Source of the DNA: Octopus sinensis
Lineage: Eukaryota
Direction of reading: 5' to 3'
NCBI RefSeq assembly: GCF_006345805.1
Contig: NW_021832277.1
Coordinates: forward strand, 8,726-72,725
DNA length: 64,000 nucleotides
Shown piece by piece: positions 26,020-39,891 of the stretch. Positions within the stretch are counted from its first letter, which is position 1, and every line of letters starts with the position of its first letter. The translations under genes and the position numbers were made by a program. The notes beneath the pieces are model-generated. The model was not told the DNA's origin. It saw nothing but the letters and a program-made list of their open reading frames with translations, and searched no databases.

Positions 26020-27254
26020 CAGGGCTTGGACAAAATAATGGAAATACTTAGCATCTTAGCATCATAATTTTGAAATATCTATAAAACCGTCAAAAGCTTG
26101 TTTATTTTTGTTTTTCTTATTTATTATAAGTGTTGCTTAATATGTTTTGCTAAAAATTTTGTTTCTTTTCAGATATTATCAGAAAGGGGTAATCAAAATC
26201 CATTAAAATGACAGATCTATCGAACTTTTCAAGAGGTCCAATAGTTGGTGTTCATATGGCAGGCGCTAGTGTAGCGAAAATAGGCGAAATATTTGGTGTA
26301 TCAAGAAGTACTGTTTCGAAAGTAATGACAGCCTTTGAGAAAGAGTGAAAAACCTCCTCTTCAAAAGAAAACTCACGAAGAAAATCAAGACTTTCAGATA
26401 GAGACCGTAGGACTCTTACCCGAATTGTTCGAAAGGATCATAAAAGTACAGCTCCGAAAATTACTGTAGAGCTTAATGACTACCTCGAGAGACTACCTCG
26501 AGAACCCACAAATCCGGGTTTCACGGGAGAGCTGCAATCAGAAAACCACTTCTTTAAAAAAAAACCGTTTGCAAAGCGTTTTGAGTGGAGTAAAAACCTT
26601 CAGAATTAGTCCCTAGAGCAGTGGAAGAATGTTATCTTATCGGACGAGTCATCCTTTACCTTATTTCCGAACACTAGCCGAGTATACGCGTGGAGACAGC
26701 CAAAACAAGCATTTGACCCTGAATGCCTTTTTCCAACTGTTAAACATGGAAGAGAATCTATATCTTAAAAATCCGCCGGGCCAATGCTTTCCCTTCATGG
26801 CTGAATTAATAGTCAAGAAAAGACTATTTAAACATTTTATCTTATCAAATTCATCCTATGGTTGCGAAACTGTTTTCGGAAGGAAACGCAATCTTTCAGG
26901 ATGATAATGCACCAATTCCCACAGCTAAAGTTGTTACTGAATAGCACGAAAAACATTCTAGGGAATTTGGACATCTTACCTGGCCACCACAGTCCCTAGA
27001 TCTCAATATTATTGAACATTTATGGTGCATTTTAGAAAAAAAAAACAAGTAAGGAGTCGATATCCTCCACCACCATCTACAGGACCTAGAGACTGCTTTA
27101 GCCGAAGAATCTGAAGAATAGACAATGCAAATTTTGTGCGAGTTCATACCTCGAAGAATTCAAGCTGTAATTACTGCCAAAGTCGTTCCAACCCCATATT
27201 AAAATAAGTTTGTTTGAAATTTTAAGGTGTTTCCATTATTTTGTCCAACCGCTA
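26020..27254 (+). mobile_element. Tc1/mariner transposon (~1.23 kb) with DD36E (Incomer-like) transposase
   Basis: TIRs TA|CAGGGCTTGGACAAAATAATGGAAATACTT and AAGGTGTTTCCATTATTTTGTCCAACCGCT; set in (TA)n. Confidence 0.93.
26208..27202 (+). pseudogene. Decayed Tc1-family transposase
   Basis: MTDLSNFSRGPIVGVHMAGASVAKIGEIFGVSRSTVSKVMTAFEKE*.., LSDESSFTLFPNTSRVYAWRQPKQAFDPECL, FQDDNAPIPTA, WPPQSLDLNIIEHLW, ..PY*; stops, frameshifts and deletions. Confidence 0.92.
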
Positions 27255-27257
27255 TAT

Positions 27258-27291
<34 letters not shown>

Positions 27292-27324
27292 ATATATATA
27301 TATATATATGTATATGTGTGTGTG

Positions 27325-27392
<68 letters not shown>

Positions 27393-30300
27393 GAGACAGA
27401 CAGATAGGGAATATATCCCAGACTTTTCAAATGTTATTGATGAGACTTAATGATAGATGGTGACATTGTTTTCCCCACAGGGACTCGAAACTATGTCTTC
27501 TGTTTTGAAGCCTTATTGTAAATACATAACACTACATACAAACAACATTTCCCAAGGCTTCAAGCAGTTACCAAATCAGCTCTTAATGATTGTTCCATAA
27601 ATGTTGTATTCCGAAACGGAGGACTTAATTGAATTGTATAGAATACTACGATGACGACAACAACAACCACGACGACGACGACGACGACGACGATGATAAT
27701 GATGATTATGATAATGCTTATGATGGTAATTCTGACGCCGAGTAGGAGGAAAAGGAGGAGTGCGATGTTAATAACTGATGGATTATTGAGTATCTTATGT
27801 CCAGATGTTACTTAGATATGAAATTGCCAACATGTTCTGTTATGTTCTGTTATATACACCTGTTATATACACCTGTAATTCTATACGTACATGTAAAAGT
27901 AGAATTACATTGAAGAGTTTAAAATACCTGAGATGACTAGTTGTGAAACAATTCTAATTTAGCTTAAACGACTCCTTGTGTCATCGTTAGACATAAATAT
28001 TTGCTCTTAGACACTTCTTTCCTCTCCGATCGTCATCATTTAACTAATTCCGTGTTATGTCCTTAGCAGCCGATTTGATTTGAGCTGAGATTCAGCAGTT
28101 TCTACCTTAAATTCAGCAGTTTCGAAGAGAAAATCAGAATGTGACGAATGGTGGCCAATTACATCTAAACTGAATATAGGCGGACATAATATAAAGCCCT
28201 TTCTTTTCTGATAATAAAGTTAATAATCCGAAAATTTATAATCGTATGCATTAGTTTTATTATGTAAATTAGCGTGTGTCTAATCAATTTGTTCTTTGTA
28301 TTAGAAGAACTCAGTGACAAAATATTGATTTCTTTGTCGATATCTTTATTTTTTTTATCGTTGGTTGCATTATATTTTACAGCGTAGACATCGGTTATCT
28401 AATCAATCAAATTAATTTGTTTATTCGGAAGACTTTCCCCAGACACTACAATTTACATTTTTTTGTACTTTATCGAGAAAACTTTTTTTTTCCATCGAGT
28501 AAATTTACCTGTTGTTTCTGAAACAGGAAAACCATGGGAAAAAATGGCAGAATTTATTCTTGCATGTGCTTCTCAAACGACATTGTTGTGCTTCGGTTTA
28601 TTATAATTTTTTATATTTTTTTTATCATATATAGTTATTATATATGGTATTGATGAATTCATAGAATGAAAACCGTATAAAATATATAAAACTCTTTTAG
28701 AAGTATCGAAATATGAAAGTTTTGCTTACAAAATAAGTCTCTTGTGTACCATCAATCCTTCTAGTTTATTTGCATAATACACAGACGCTTTGTCGGTTCC
28801 TTCTATTGATATTTCAGGGGTGAAATTACAATAAACAAAGTCAGCAATATAGATTATCATCTCTAGTTCTAGCCACACGCGCACGCACACACACACACAC
28901 GCACACACAGGCACACATATATTCAAATATTTCAAAAGAAAACTAAAAACCTATAATTATATAGCTCTATTTATCGGCGCGCATACACACACATACACAT
29001 AAACGCACATCACACATCGGATAAACAACGATATCGATATATTCCGGCACAAGGGATACCTCTCCACTCCAATGCTTGGATTCAACAAATAAGTTCATAG
29101 CCCTTGAATATTTACACTTTTCCATACAGTTCGAAAACTGCAGGTCTTGAAATTTCTGCTGTGGAGGTTTTCAAGAGAATGGCTCTCACGTGATAAATTA
29201 TTCTCTTCAACTCCCTAGGACAAGGAGTTCAAGTGTTGCAAAGTATTCTTGAACTGAGATAAACGTTCGTCATTTATAATTGAAACACAGGCTCTGATGC
29301 ATCCCCCACAATATATGTACTAGATACACTTCACCATTATTATTTTTTCAGAAAATCAATCTTCCCAAGCTGCCATTCTAGCCGTATGCATCTAAACATC
29401 CCTGTATGAAATCCTGTGTAATTGCACTAGAATAGAAAATTAAATATTGCAAATGAGATGTGTCAGTGTACTCACTAATCAAAACAGATGTTCTACTAAA
29501 TCCATAACCTTATCCGTCAGTTACAATTTGAAGAAAAACTATTGAGTGAAACGCTTTGATGTGCTTCTGTGTAGAGTAATGATTGAGATATGATTTTTTG
29601 CTGTATAATTTCATTTCCGCGCAGCTGTCAGCAATAAGATTCCTTGTCTAAACAGTTTTGATGTGAAAGACTAATATTTTATTGGCGTTTCTCTATCGCC
29701 TGAGCTATAATCTCATCATTTAATCATCTGATGTTTACAAGCCACAGGCATCTTCCGATTATTGCTGATATATTTCTAAATTTCTGTTTCAAAACCTACA
29801 AGTGCTGGCTTTTTCATTGATATTTAGCCTTGAATCAAACCGGATCGAGCAGAATTATAAACAAAGACGTTTTCCAAGTAACGTGTATTATCAAACATTA
29901 CAGAATTCTGTGCAAAATAACTTATAAAAGATTATACAGTGTAATTCGAGGTGATTTGGTTTCTATGTCAAACGATCATACAGACCCCCTCTTTGTTTTC
30001 AGTTAATGGATTTCATTAAAGCTACAGAAAATATTATGAACGAATTTGTAGAACTATCTCTGTGGTATGAGATATATGTGTTGGAAAAAAATTAAAAGAT
30101 ATTTTACTTGAACATTTTCATGATCAAAAAGTACTGAATTGATTAAATATTCCTTAGGCATAGCTAAATAATGAGACAACATTTTGGCTACAGCCAAATA
30201 TGTTAACCACCATGTTTCTTAAAGATAACATGATTGCACTCGGTTAAGAAAAATAGCTGACATATTAAGCTTTAACCTGCTATTAAACGTATTTTCAAAA

Positions 30301-31939
30301 CTAATGATTTTTGTTTCTTTTTTGTTAATCTATTAATTTGGCACATTCGTTATCACCTCATTCAAACAATCTTTGATATTTATTATCATTTATATCACAG
30401 CTTAAAGCACAAATTACTGAGAGCGCAGTTTTAATTGTTGTTACCGTGTTATTATTTTTTCTTCTAATATTCGCATTAACGCCTGTTTTTTTTTAATCTT
30501 AAAACTTCATCGAATATCAGAACTAATTCTATTTTCATTATTATAATTGCTGTGGAATTCTATTGCATTTAACAGCCTTTATTGGAAGTCGACTTAAATG
30601 GTCTCATCTGTAACCTTTACAACCTCACATACACATGCACACACACACACATATACATATATATATATATATAATATATATATATATTATATATATATAT
30701 ATATATATATCATTGTAAATATAGCTCTATTTTATGTTTCATTGTACAAACTTTCAATATTTCTTTGTTATCTTTTATTTTCCGGTGCTTTATCTCAACA
30801 TCTTAATTTGCGATACCAAATGCAAACAGTGATGTAAAATGCTTTCGCTACTATTACATTTTCCCAAAATGATATTTTGATACAAAATTCCATGTTTAAA
30901 ATTTAGATAAAAATACTTGATAAAAATGTTTAAAGAGTTTGTTGAAAATAGAATTCAGTTAATTAGTTAATTAAATGCGTTGTTGACGTATTTTCTTTTC
31001 CTGTTTTTTTTAAAGGTGGTATTCCTGTTTGAAAAGATTCGATAACAACAAAACACCGCTTTCGTATATTATCACCTGGGAATTTCTTCTCTCTGTTCTT
31101 TGCTGCGTTAGAACTATAAATATCAACTTAACCATATGAAAAACAAGCATTAAATAATTTTCTCTTTTATATATTTTCTGTTTTCTTCTTTATTTCTCCT
31201 CAGCATCTCATTAGAATTTTCTGATTTCATTTGGAATTCTTGAAATAGCTGTTATCAGTTGGGTTTCTTTTCTCACCATTGCAGGCAGAACATATTACAT
31301 ATTAAGTAGCGTAGATTCGCAGACTCTTAGCACGGACAATGTCCTTGAGTTTTTGGAGCTGGAACCTATCAAATGCATTAGTCAATGAGACTGATTTCTT
31401 AAAGGATCGATTTCCAAGAGTCTAGTAGTAAGCCCCTAAAGGAGAGAATGCAATCAACATAACATTCCAAAGAATTTATATTCTATCTGTTGAGGAAACA
31501 AAGAAGGCGTTCCATAGGACAGCTGATTGAGGAATAGGGACGCTTCGCAAAAAAAAAAAACAATAATAAGGAACTGCTTCGTCTACTCCGTGTTTCGAAG
31601 TTAGCTGAAGAAGGGGAATGTTCCTTGTGTTGTATGCCTTGTATTCTGTTTTTTCGTTGTTTAAAAAAATGTCCGTTTCCATGGTTTTGTTTTTATGTTT
31701 TCGTTTCTCATTGTGTTCGAAGGTTTTTTTTGTGTCCTGTACCCATATATGCATGTATATATACATATAGATGTAGGTACGTACATGTATGTATGTATAT
31801 ATGCATATGTTTTATTTATTATTTTGTTACTATATGATCGAACGCCACGCATCCACTTTCAAGTAAGTTTTATTTCACTGTATATATATATATATATATA
31901 TATATGAATACATACACAAACACACAAACTCATATTATA

Positions 31940-31980
<41 letters not shown>

Positions 31981-31987
<7 letters not shown>

Positions 31988-32725
31988 TTATACATTTGTG
32001 TGCGTGTATGAGTGTGTGTATGTCTGTGTGTCTGTGTCTATATACTGTGAACTCTTCTGTCGTTAGAAGGTGTATAAAGGTCAGCAGTTTCTTGCTGAAC
32101 AACCACACACCTGATTTGCTTATAGTGATCAAATATTCGTATACACCTAAGCTGGCTCCTTCCATCAAATCGACATCACCTGTACAGGTGCAACTGAGTA
32201 CCACATGCCAGAAGAAGAAATGATTGCAGAGCAACATGAAATAAAATGTTCTGCTCAAGACCACAATGCGATTGAACCCACTATCTCGTAATCGTGAATG
32301 CAACAACCTATATATGTGTGTGAGGGGGAGTTTGCGTGTATGCGCGTGTATGGATAGTATATAATTAGTTACAGTTCCTCTTAGTAAGAGTTAAATATGT
32401 AATAGATTCGTTGAAAGAATTTAAATGCTTTAATGAGAATGTGATATAGTACGGATTATCTTGAAGTAATGCGGTGAAATTAAGAACCGGAGAGGACAAA
32501 AATAAATTTGCTTGGCAAAACGTTAACTTAAACAATCTCTGAAAAAAAAATTGTAAATAATATTTGATATTTTTTGAAAACTATCATGTTTTAGAGCATT
32601 GGTGACCCAATATTGATGTAGCGGTGTGATTTTTGAAATAGTCGATATCTCACTAACATATTACACTAGAATTGGGAATAATGTGAAATGTATAATATGC
32701 ACATACATATATGCACATCATATAT

Positions 32726-32768
<43 letters not shown>

Positions 32769-33470
32769 TTATACATTGTGTGCGTGTATGAGTGTGTGTA
32801 TGTCTGTGTGTCTGTGTCTATATACTGTGAAACTTTCTGTCGTTAGAAGGTGTATAAAGGTCAGCAGTTTCTTGCTGAACAACCCACAACCTGATTTGCT
32901 TATAGTGATCAATATTCGTATACACCTAAGCTGGCTCCTTCCATCAAATCGACATCACCTGTACAGGTGCAACTGAGTACCACATGCCAGAAGAAGAAAT
33001 GATTGCAGAGCAACATGAATAAAATGTTCTGCTCAAGACCACAATGCGATTGAACCCACTATCTCGTAATCGTGAATGCAACAACCTATATATGTGTGTG
33101 TGGGGGGAGTTGCGTGTATGCGCGTGTATGGATAGTATATAATTAGTTACAGTTCCTCTAGTAAGAGTTAAATATGTAATAGATTCGTTGAAAGAATTTA
33201 AATGCTTTAATGAGATGTGATATAGTCGGAATATCTTGAAGTAATGCGGTGAAATTAAGAACCGGAGAGGACAAAAATAAATTTGCTTGGCAAAACGTTA
33301 ACGTAAACAATCTCTGAAAAAAAAATTGTAAATAATATTTGATATTTTTGAAAACTATCATGTTTTAGAGCATGGTGACCCAATATTGATGTAGCGGTGT
33401 GATTTTTGAAATAGTCGAATCTCAAATATTACACTAGAATTGGAATAATGTGAAATGTATAATATGCACA
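31981..33470. repeat. Tandem duplication, period ~781 bp (31981-32703 and 32762-33470)
   Basis: Copies colinear throughout, differing mainly by 1-nt indels; each holds a minus-strand SINE-C-like element. Confidence 0.92.
32060..32310 (-). mobile_element. SINE family C-like (duplicated at ~32840-33085; related copy at 40290-40520)
   Basis: Minus: gagatagtgggttcaatcgc..gtcttgagcagaacattttatttcatgttgctctgc. Confidence 0.7.
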
Positions 33471-34341
33471 TTAGATATATGCACATTCACTATATATAAT
33501 ATATGTTTGTATTTATGTATATATATATATATGTATGTATGTATATATACATATATATATAAATGTATATAACTCTACGTACCTACATATACATAAACAC
33601 ACGAGCGTACACGTATATGTACATATACACATACACATGCATATATATACACATATGTATATATATTAAATATATATGTGTTTGTGTGTATAGTCATATA
33701 CATATGTGTGTGTGTATGTAGAGAGAGAGCGACAGAATGAGAGAAAAACAGAATGAGAGACAAACAGACAGAGAGAGAGAGAGAGGAGAGAGAGAGACAA
33801 GCAGACAGAGAGAGAGAGACAGATAAAAAGAGAGACAAATTGATATAGATGTATGCCGGAATCTCAAGGAGATAGCGTAATTATTGTGGTTACTTAAGAA
33901 GATAGATTCCCGACAATACCTGTAGGTTTTGCTGAAAAGGAGTTAGAGAGTAGTTGTCTATAACAAGAATAAAATCGAAAGAAAAAAAATAAAATGTTTC
34001 CAAGATATTATTTTATCCTATATCTCCAGGATAGGATCCGATATAAGAGTAATAAAATACTACTACTACGGCCACTGCTGCTACTATTACTGCTACTTCT
34101 ACTACTATCACCGAAACAGTGAGAAGAAAGCTAGTATTAGGAGTAGGATGTTATTAAAAGTTTTGCTTGGATTCAACGTGGTTTCTGCCCCAACCGCACA
34201 GCAAGCGATTTTGCTGAAGTATCTTTGCTAATCGACTAATCGTAGCAACAGAGGTGAACCACTCCTTTATATATATATATATATCAGCGTCTGTACAACT
34301 GAATATTTATTTTTAACAATACAAAAATGTCCTCTTATACC

Positions 34342-34396
34342 GTCTCCGATGAAAGGATATTATTATTAAGTAATATTCTAGAAACAGCTGTAAAAC
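34342..34396 (+). ncRNA. Degenerate hammerhead-like motif
   Basis: gtct CCGATGA a AGGATATTA..TAATATTCT a GAAAC AGCT GTA aaac; 9-bp stem II, palindromic ACAGCTGT stem III, U4C, one stem I mismatch. Confidence 0.5.
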
Positions 34397-34466
34397 CTTC
34401 TATCTATAAATGCTCTAATATCTATACAGCCTTGGTTTTTTTATCTCATTACGCAAAAAATGTATA

Positions 34467-34873
34467 TACTCTTTTACTCTTTTACTTGTTTCAGTAATTT
34501 GACTGCGGCCATGCTGGAGCACCACCTTTAATCGAGCAACTCGACCCCGGGACTTATTCTTTGTAAGCCCAGTACTTAATTTCTCGGTCTCTTTTGCCGA
34601 ACCACTAAATGACGGGAACATAAACACACCAGCATCGGTTGTCAAGCAATACTAGGGAGACAAACAAAGACACACAATCACACACGCACATATATATACA
34701 TATATAACATATATATATATACGACGGGCTTCTTTCAGTTTCCGTCTACCAAATCCACTCACAAGGCCCGAGGCTATAGTAGAAGACACTTGCCCAAGGT
34801 GCCACGCAGTGGGACTGAACCCGGAACTATGTGGTTGGTAAGCAAGCTACTTACCACACAGCCACTCCTACGT
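34467..34873 (-). mobile_element. SINE family A, near full length
   Basis: Reverse complement of 46105-46509. Confidence 0.92.
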
Positions 34874-35196
34874 CTATATATTCATATATTTATGTGTGTC
34901 TGTGTGTCTGTGTAAGTGTGTGTGTGTGTGTGTGTGGTGTGTGTGTGACATTCATATGTGTATGTTAAAGTGCAACTATCTATCCGTCTCACTTGTCAAA
35001 TGTTGTCCGTTCGTGTGTTTACCCCCACTAAACAGTTGTTTACCCCCTAAACAAATAGGAAACGAAAAATATGTAATAGGAACATTTTCATGTAGAAAAT
35101 ATTTCAAAATTCTGCCTCGGTCTGGCCGTGGTGTATGGCGGAAATAAGTAAAAGAGCATATAACAAAATGCTAATATTACTACTGTCATTATTATT

Positions 35197-35400
35197 AAGA
35201 AAGTAAAGGGCAGAACCGCTACCATTCCGGAAAAAGTGCTTAGCATTTCGTCTGTCTTTACAGTCTGGCTTCAAAATTTATGGACATTGATTTTTGCCTT
35301 TCATCCTTGGGGGCGATAAAATAAGTACGATTTGAGCACTGTAGTCGATTTTATCGACTTTTTCTCTTCCCTTAGAAAGTTTCTGACCTTGTGCTAAAAG
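35197..35400 (+). mobile_element. SINE family B, degenerate
   Basis: catttcgtctgtc..tttgcctttcatcctt.gggcgataaaataagtac..gtcgattttatcgact. Confidence 0.7.
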
Positions 35401-35539
35401 AAAAAAGAAGTTAGCAGAGGACGGCAGTGGCGTCGAAGATGAGAATGGCAAAAATATCTATGAAAATCCAATTGGTTGCTTTTGTGACGAATAAAAGTGG
35501 GTTTTTCTTGGGTTAGGGTTAAGTTGATTTATATTTATC

Positions 35540-35855
35540 ATCTAGCATACGATCGTGAGGTTGTGAGCTCGAATCCCGGACCGGGCTGCGTGTTGTGTTC
35601 TTGAGCAAGGTACTTTATTTCACGTTGCTCCAGTTCACTCAGCTGTAGAAATTAGTTGCGACGTCACTGGTGCCAAGCTGTATCGACCTTTGTCTTTCCC
35701 TTGGATAACACTGGTGGCGTGGAGAGGGGAGGCTGGTATGCATGGGCGACTGCTGGTCTTCCATAAAACAACTTCGCCCGGACTTGTGTCTAGGAGGGTA
35801 ACTTTCTAGGTGCAATCCCATGGTCATTCATGACCGAAGGGGGTCTTTACCCTTT
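35540..35855 (+). mobile_element. SINE family C
   Basis: B-box-like gagctcgaatccc, then gtgttcttgagcaaggtactttatttcacgttgctccagttcactcagctgta. Confidence 0.8.
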
Positions 35856-37150
35856 ACTTATGTGAATATCACTGCGGGTAATATTGTTAGTCTTCGTACT
35901 AGGATACATAACCGTTTCCCATTGTAACCTACTACAAACATCAAACCTTTCTCTACACTAAACTATGTCAGTCGTTTTTACACAAATATACTTCGATTTC
36001 AAATCTACAAGTAGGATCCGGAAATATAGCTATTTTCTTGATGTTGTGGGGTACTTAATTAAGAGCATGTGAGTCATGATCAAACACTATTTCAGTTTTT
36101 AGTATACCTAGTACTACATACTACATCATATTCGATATTCTTTTTAAAAACGATTTATTGTAATTTCAGTGGGGGTTTACTTGTGTTTCTAGTGGCCAGA
36201 GCTGCCCATAATTGAATTACTATTTCGTAACCTGGACACCTGAAGAAAACAATTTTATAAGGCATACATAAATTTTTACTCAAAATTTTTAACTTATCAA
36301 ACAAAAATAGAAATTTTGTCGAAGCGTCTGTACAATTGAATATTTATTTTTAACAATACTAAAAATAACAGTATCACTAATTACTTGTCTTTTCATTTAA
36401 ATTTATTTTCATATTTAATGAATTGTAGTAATCATATTTTACTTCTTCCAAAAGTTAAATTACGGCATATATTTATATTTATAACTTTAAATTGATACCG
36501 AAGAATGGTAGATGTAGTATCTACAACTGTGTAATTTACAAACTATCTTACAATATTTGTTTATTTCGCATTTGATTTGAAACCCAAACGAAGACGCTTT
36601 TGATTTACCTTACTTTGGGAGAGTATCAACGAGAACCCAACTGTATATTGCAGGGTTTAATTCTGTCTACATGAGATACAATTTAATCAATACTTCAGAT
36701 TTTATCACAATGCTTGAAGAAAAATAGATACGTAATTCAGACCGTTTAAATTCCAATCAATGCTGTTTGCCATGGAAGATTTTACTGCAAGGAGAGCAAG
36801 GAAATATCATTATAAACGAACACATGACATCTAGTTCCTATTATAGAGATTCCACTTGGAAGAGTTTTATATAATGACCCATTGTAAAATATACTTTAAA
36901 TTTCTACGAATATATCCTTGAAGCAGGACGCATTTATAGTAATCTCAAAAAATAAAGGACTGAGTGGTTTATACATTTATCGTAATCTCAAATAGGAAGA
37001 AGGATGTTGGATAATATGAATAAATATTATAGAAGTTTCAGCATCATTCCTGTGTGTCTAGACTAGCAAGAAATGTGATATTGATGTTATTAAATAATTC
37101 AATTGTATAAGATATTATCAGTTAATATGATACTAATGACTGTCTACAAA

Positions 37151-37201
<51 letters not shown>

Positions 37202-37714
37202 ACATATATACATAATACTATATATATATATACATACAATTTTCTATCAGAAATCTCGTTTTTTTTTACGCCTAAAATCAAAAAGTCGCTTCAAATCATC
37301 TACGCATATTTATATACATGATAAATGTATGTGAGTGTTTGAGTGTGTGTGTGAGAGAGAGAATGTGTGTGAGTGTGTATGTGAGTGTTTGTGTGTGAGT
37401 GTGTATACGTGTTGTAAACGAAAGAGTTGCAGGCTATTGACTCCAAAACGGGTCAATCGCAGGTTCACTGCATTTCGAATATAAATATGAAATTTGTAGG
37501 AAATATATTTTTAAACGAATCCACAATTTTCATCGGTTGTCGATAAATATCGGCGGCACACTCATACACACACATACATACATACACACACACGCACACA
37601 CCCACATATACATATATAGGGTATGCCTTTAAATATAGATACATATACACCTATATCCACATATATATATTCCTTTTTTTCTCTCCTTTCTTCTCTCTTT
37701 TTTTTTCTCTCCGT

Positions 37715-37875
37715 TTTTCTCTCCTTGTTTTTCCTGTGTCCCTTTCTGTAGAAGAGCATACGCTTGAAACGTAAAATACTTTTTCTATTCCTGAGCGTTA
37801 TACCAATACATCTGTTGTTTTTGTACACCACCTGTCCTCGTCTTTTGCGTTTTTTCGTAAACTCTCCCCATATGT
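37715..37875 (+). mobile_element. Short Penelope-like pLTR family, copy 2, with hammerhead-like motif (37743-37776)
   Basis: ttt CTGTAGA A GAGC atac GCTT GAAAC GTA aaa; flanked by TA-rich repeats. Confidence 0.6.
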
Positions 37876-37881
37876 TAGTGA

Positions 37882-37921
<40 letters not shown>

Positions 37922-38017
37922 TATATGTGTGTGTATCGAGAAAAGCCAACATTGCTTTAGATATCTGAACGAGAGATCTACAGACACAGTACTGAAGAAT
38001 TGTAATGTTTAAATGGC

Positions 38018-38505
38018 AACATAACATGGCAGTCCTATAAAAGACGATGTAACTGTTAGTTTAGCCCCAGGAAAACATCTTTTCCAGCTGGTTATCGATG
38101 CATAGACTAAAGCAACAGTAACAACGTCTTTCTATAACTACTCCGTTATGTTAGCATATAAACATTACTCTCCGTTACTGTTACTGCATTTCCCTCGCTC
38201 AGAGATTTAAAACATGTTGTTTTTCTCGATAGGAGGTCAGTGAATGTGTGTCGCTTAAATAATATATAGTATATCGAGTGGGGGGATAGCTTTCGTTGCT
38301 AGCTGGTATTTATCTCACACTGAGGACGGATAACCTAGGCCTGTAAGTATCACGTATTGGGAGCGATGACTTCCATTGTGAATGATATATACGGACACAA
38401 ACTGTGTGTCGCTAGCCAGCTGGAAAAGACGTTTTCCTGGGGCTAAAACAACAGTAACAACGTTCTTGATAGGACTGCCACGCTATGTTAGCATATAAAC
38501 AACAC
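38018..38505. mobile_element. Inverted-repeat (MITE-like) element with an extra internal direct repeat
   Basis: 38018-38100 is the reverse complement of 38405-38489 (about 80% by eye); 38112-38165 repeats 38447-38505; related fragment at 40909-40955. Confidence 0.7.
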
Positions 38506-38739
38506 ACCACACACACACACACAACACACACACACATATAGCCGAAATTGCGAGGATGATCCGGTTCTTGACTGAAGACTGAAGGCTTCGAATGTCCCGT
38601 CCGTGTTTTTTGTATCGTCTTATAAATGTTTGCGTTCTTGTCCCAGTTTGTATTTTGTTACATATATATATATATGTATATATATCTATATATATATATA
38701 TATATAATATTATATATATATATATAATATATATATGTA

Positions 38740-38861
<122 letters not shown>

Positions 38862-39313
38862 TTATATAAACACACACACTCATATACATATACTGACAAC
38901 GGAGGTCACTCGAAGACGCTAAAGACAATAGGAAGATTAAAAAATATTAAGTAACAACAACCGATGAGTTTTTTAAAAGGGTTAAAATGCCGATGCTTTA
39001 CAAACAACCATGTAACAATATTAGACTGGACCCAATGCTTCTGGTCAAAAATGATGGAAAGTAAATTAAAAATTTGTGTTGATATATGCGTTCTGATGCT
39101 TCTGTGTGTCTGTCAGCATCAGTTAGCGTCTGTTTCTGTGTGTGCGCGCGCCCGTATGTATTTATTCTCATGATTATTGAAAAACTTGCAAGACGTCAAC
39201 GAAACTTTTAAGAAAATGAAAATAATAAATGAGTGGAAATTTTACCGGTGAGTGTGTTAAATTATAAGCCGCAAAAATAACTCTCCCCAGACACACAGTA
39301 TATATATATTTAT

Positions 39314-39391
<78 letters not shown>

Positions 39392-39857
39392 TTCAAATAG
39401 GTGAATGAATTATCCTATGTTTATCGTCAGCATGGCAAATTCGTTGAACCGATACCAGGGTAGCAAATTCACGTCAGAAGCACGGTTGAAGCGACCTGTC
39501 CAAGGGTAGAAACTCCGGGTTCATTTGCAGAAATTTGTGTGTTATATATGAATAACTGAAAGAATGGAGTCGAACGAAGATGTTAAAAAAATCTTTACTC
39601 TCGAGAGTAAAGGAATTTTGTTAACATCTTCGTTCGACTCCATTCTTTCAGTTATATATATATATTTATATTGTTTTGTCTACTTTTATGCAGAGTCTGA
39701 CCACCTCTTGTATTTACACCATAGATTCATCGTGGTGTTTGATGTGGCTCTTTAAACCAGACGATGTATTGAAAAGACACCCACATAGATTGCGTAACTG
39801 ATTTGCGCCACGAAGAGCTGCAGTTAAGTTGGGATCTTTCATGCACACAGATATGTA

Positions 39858-39891
<34 letters not shown>

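Noticed and set aside
27925-29320. Unique stretches with splice-like signals and short ORFs
   Set aside because: Stops in all frames between candidate acceptors and donors; no recognisable protein.
38560-38600. CUGAAGA..GAAUGUC hammerhead-like fragment
   Set aside because: No convincing stem I or II, and the GAAA is incomplete.
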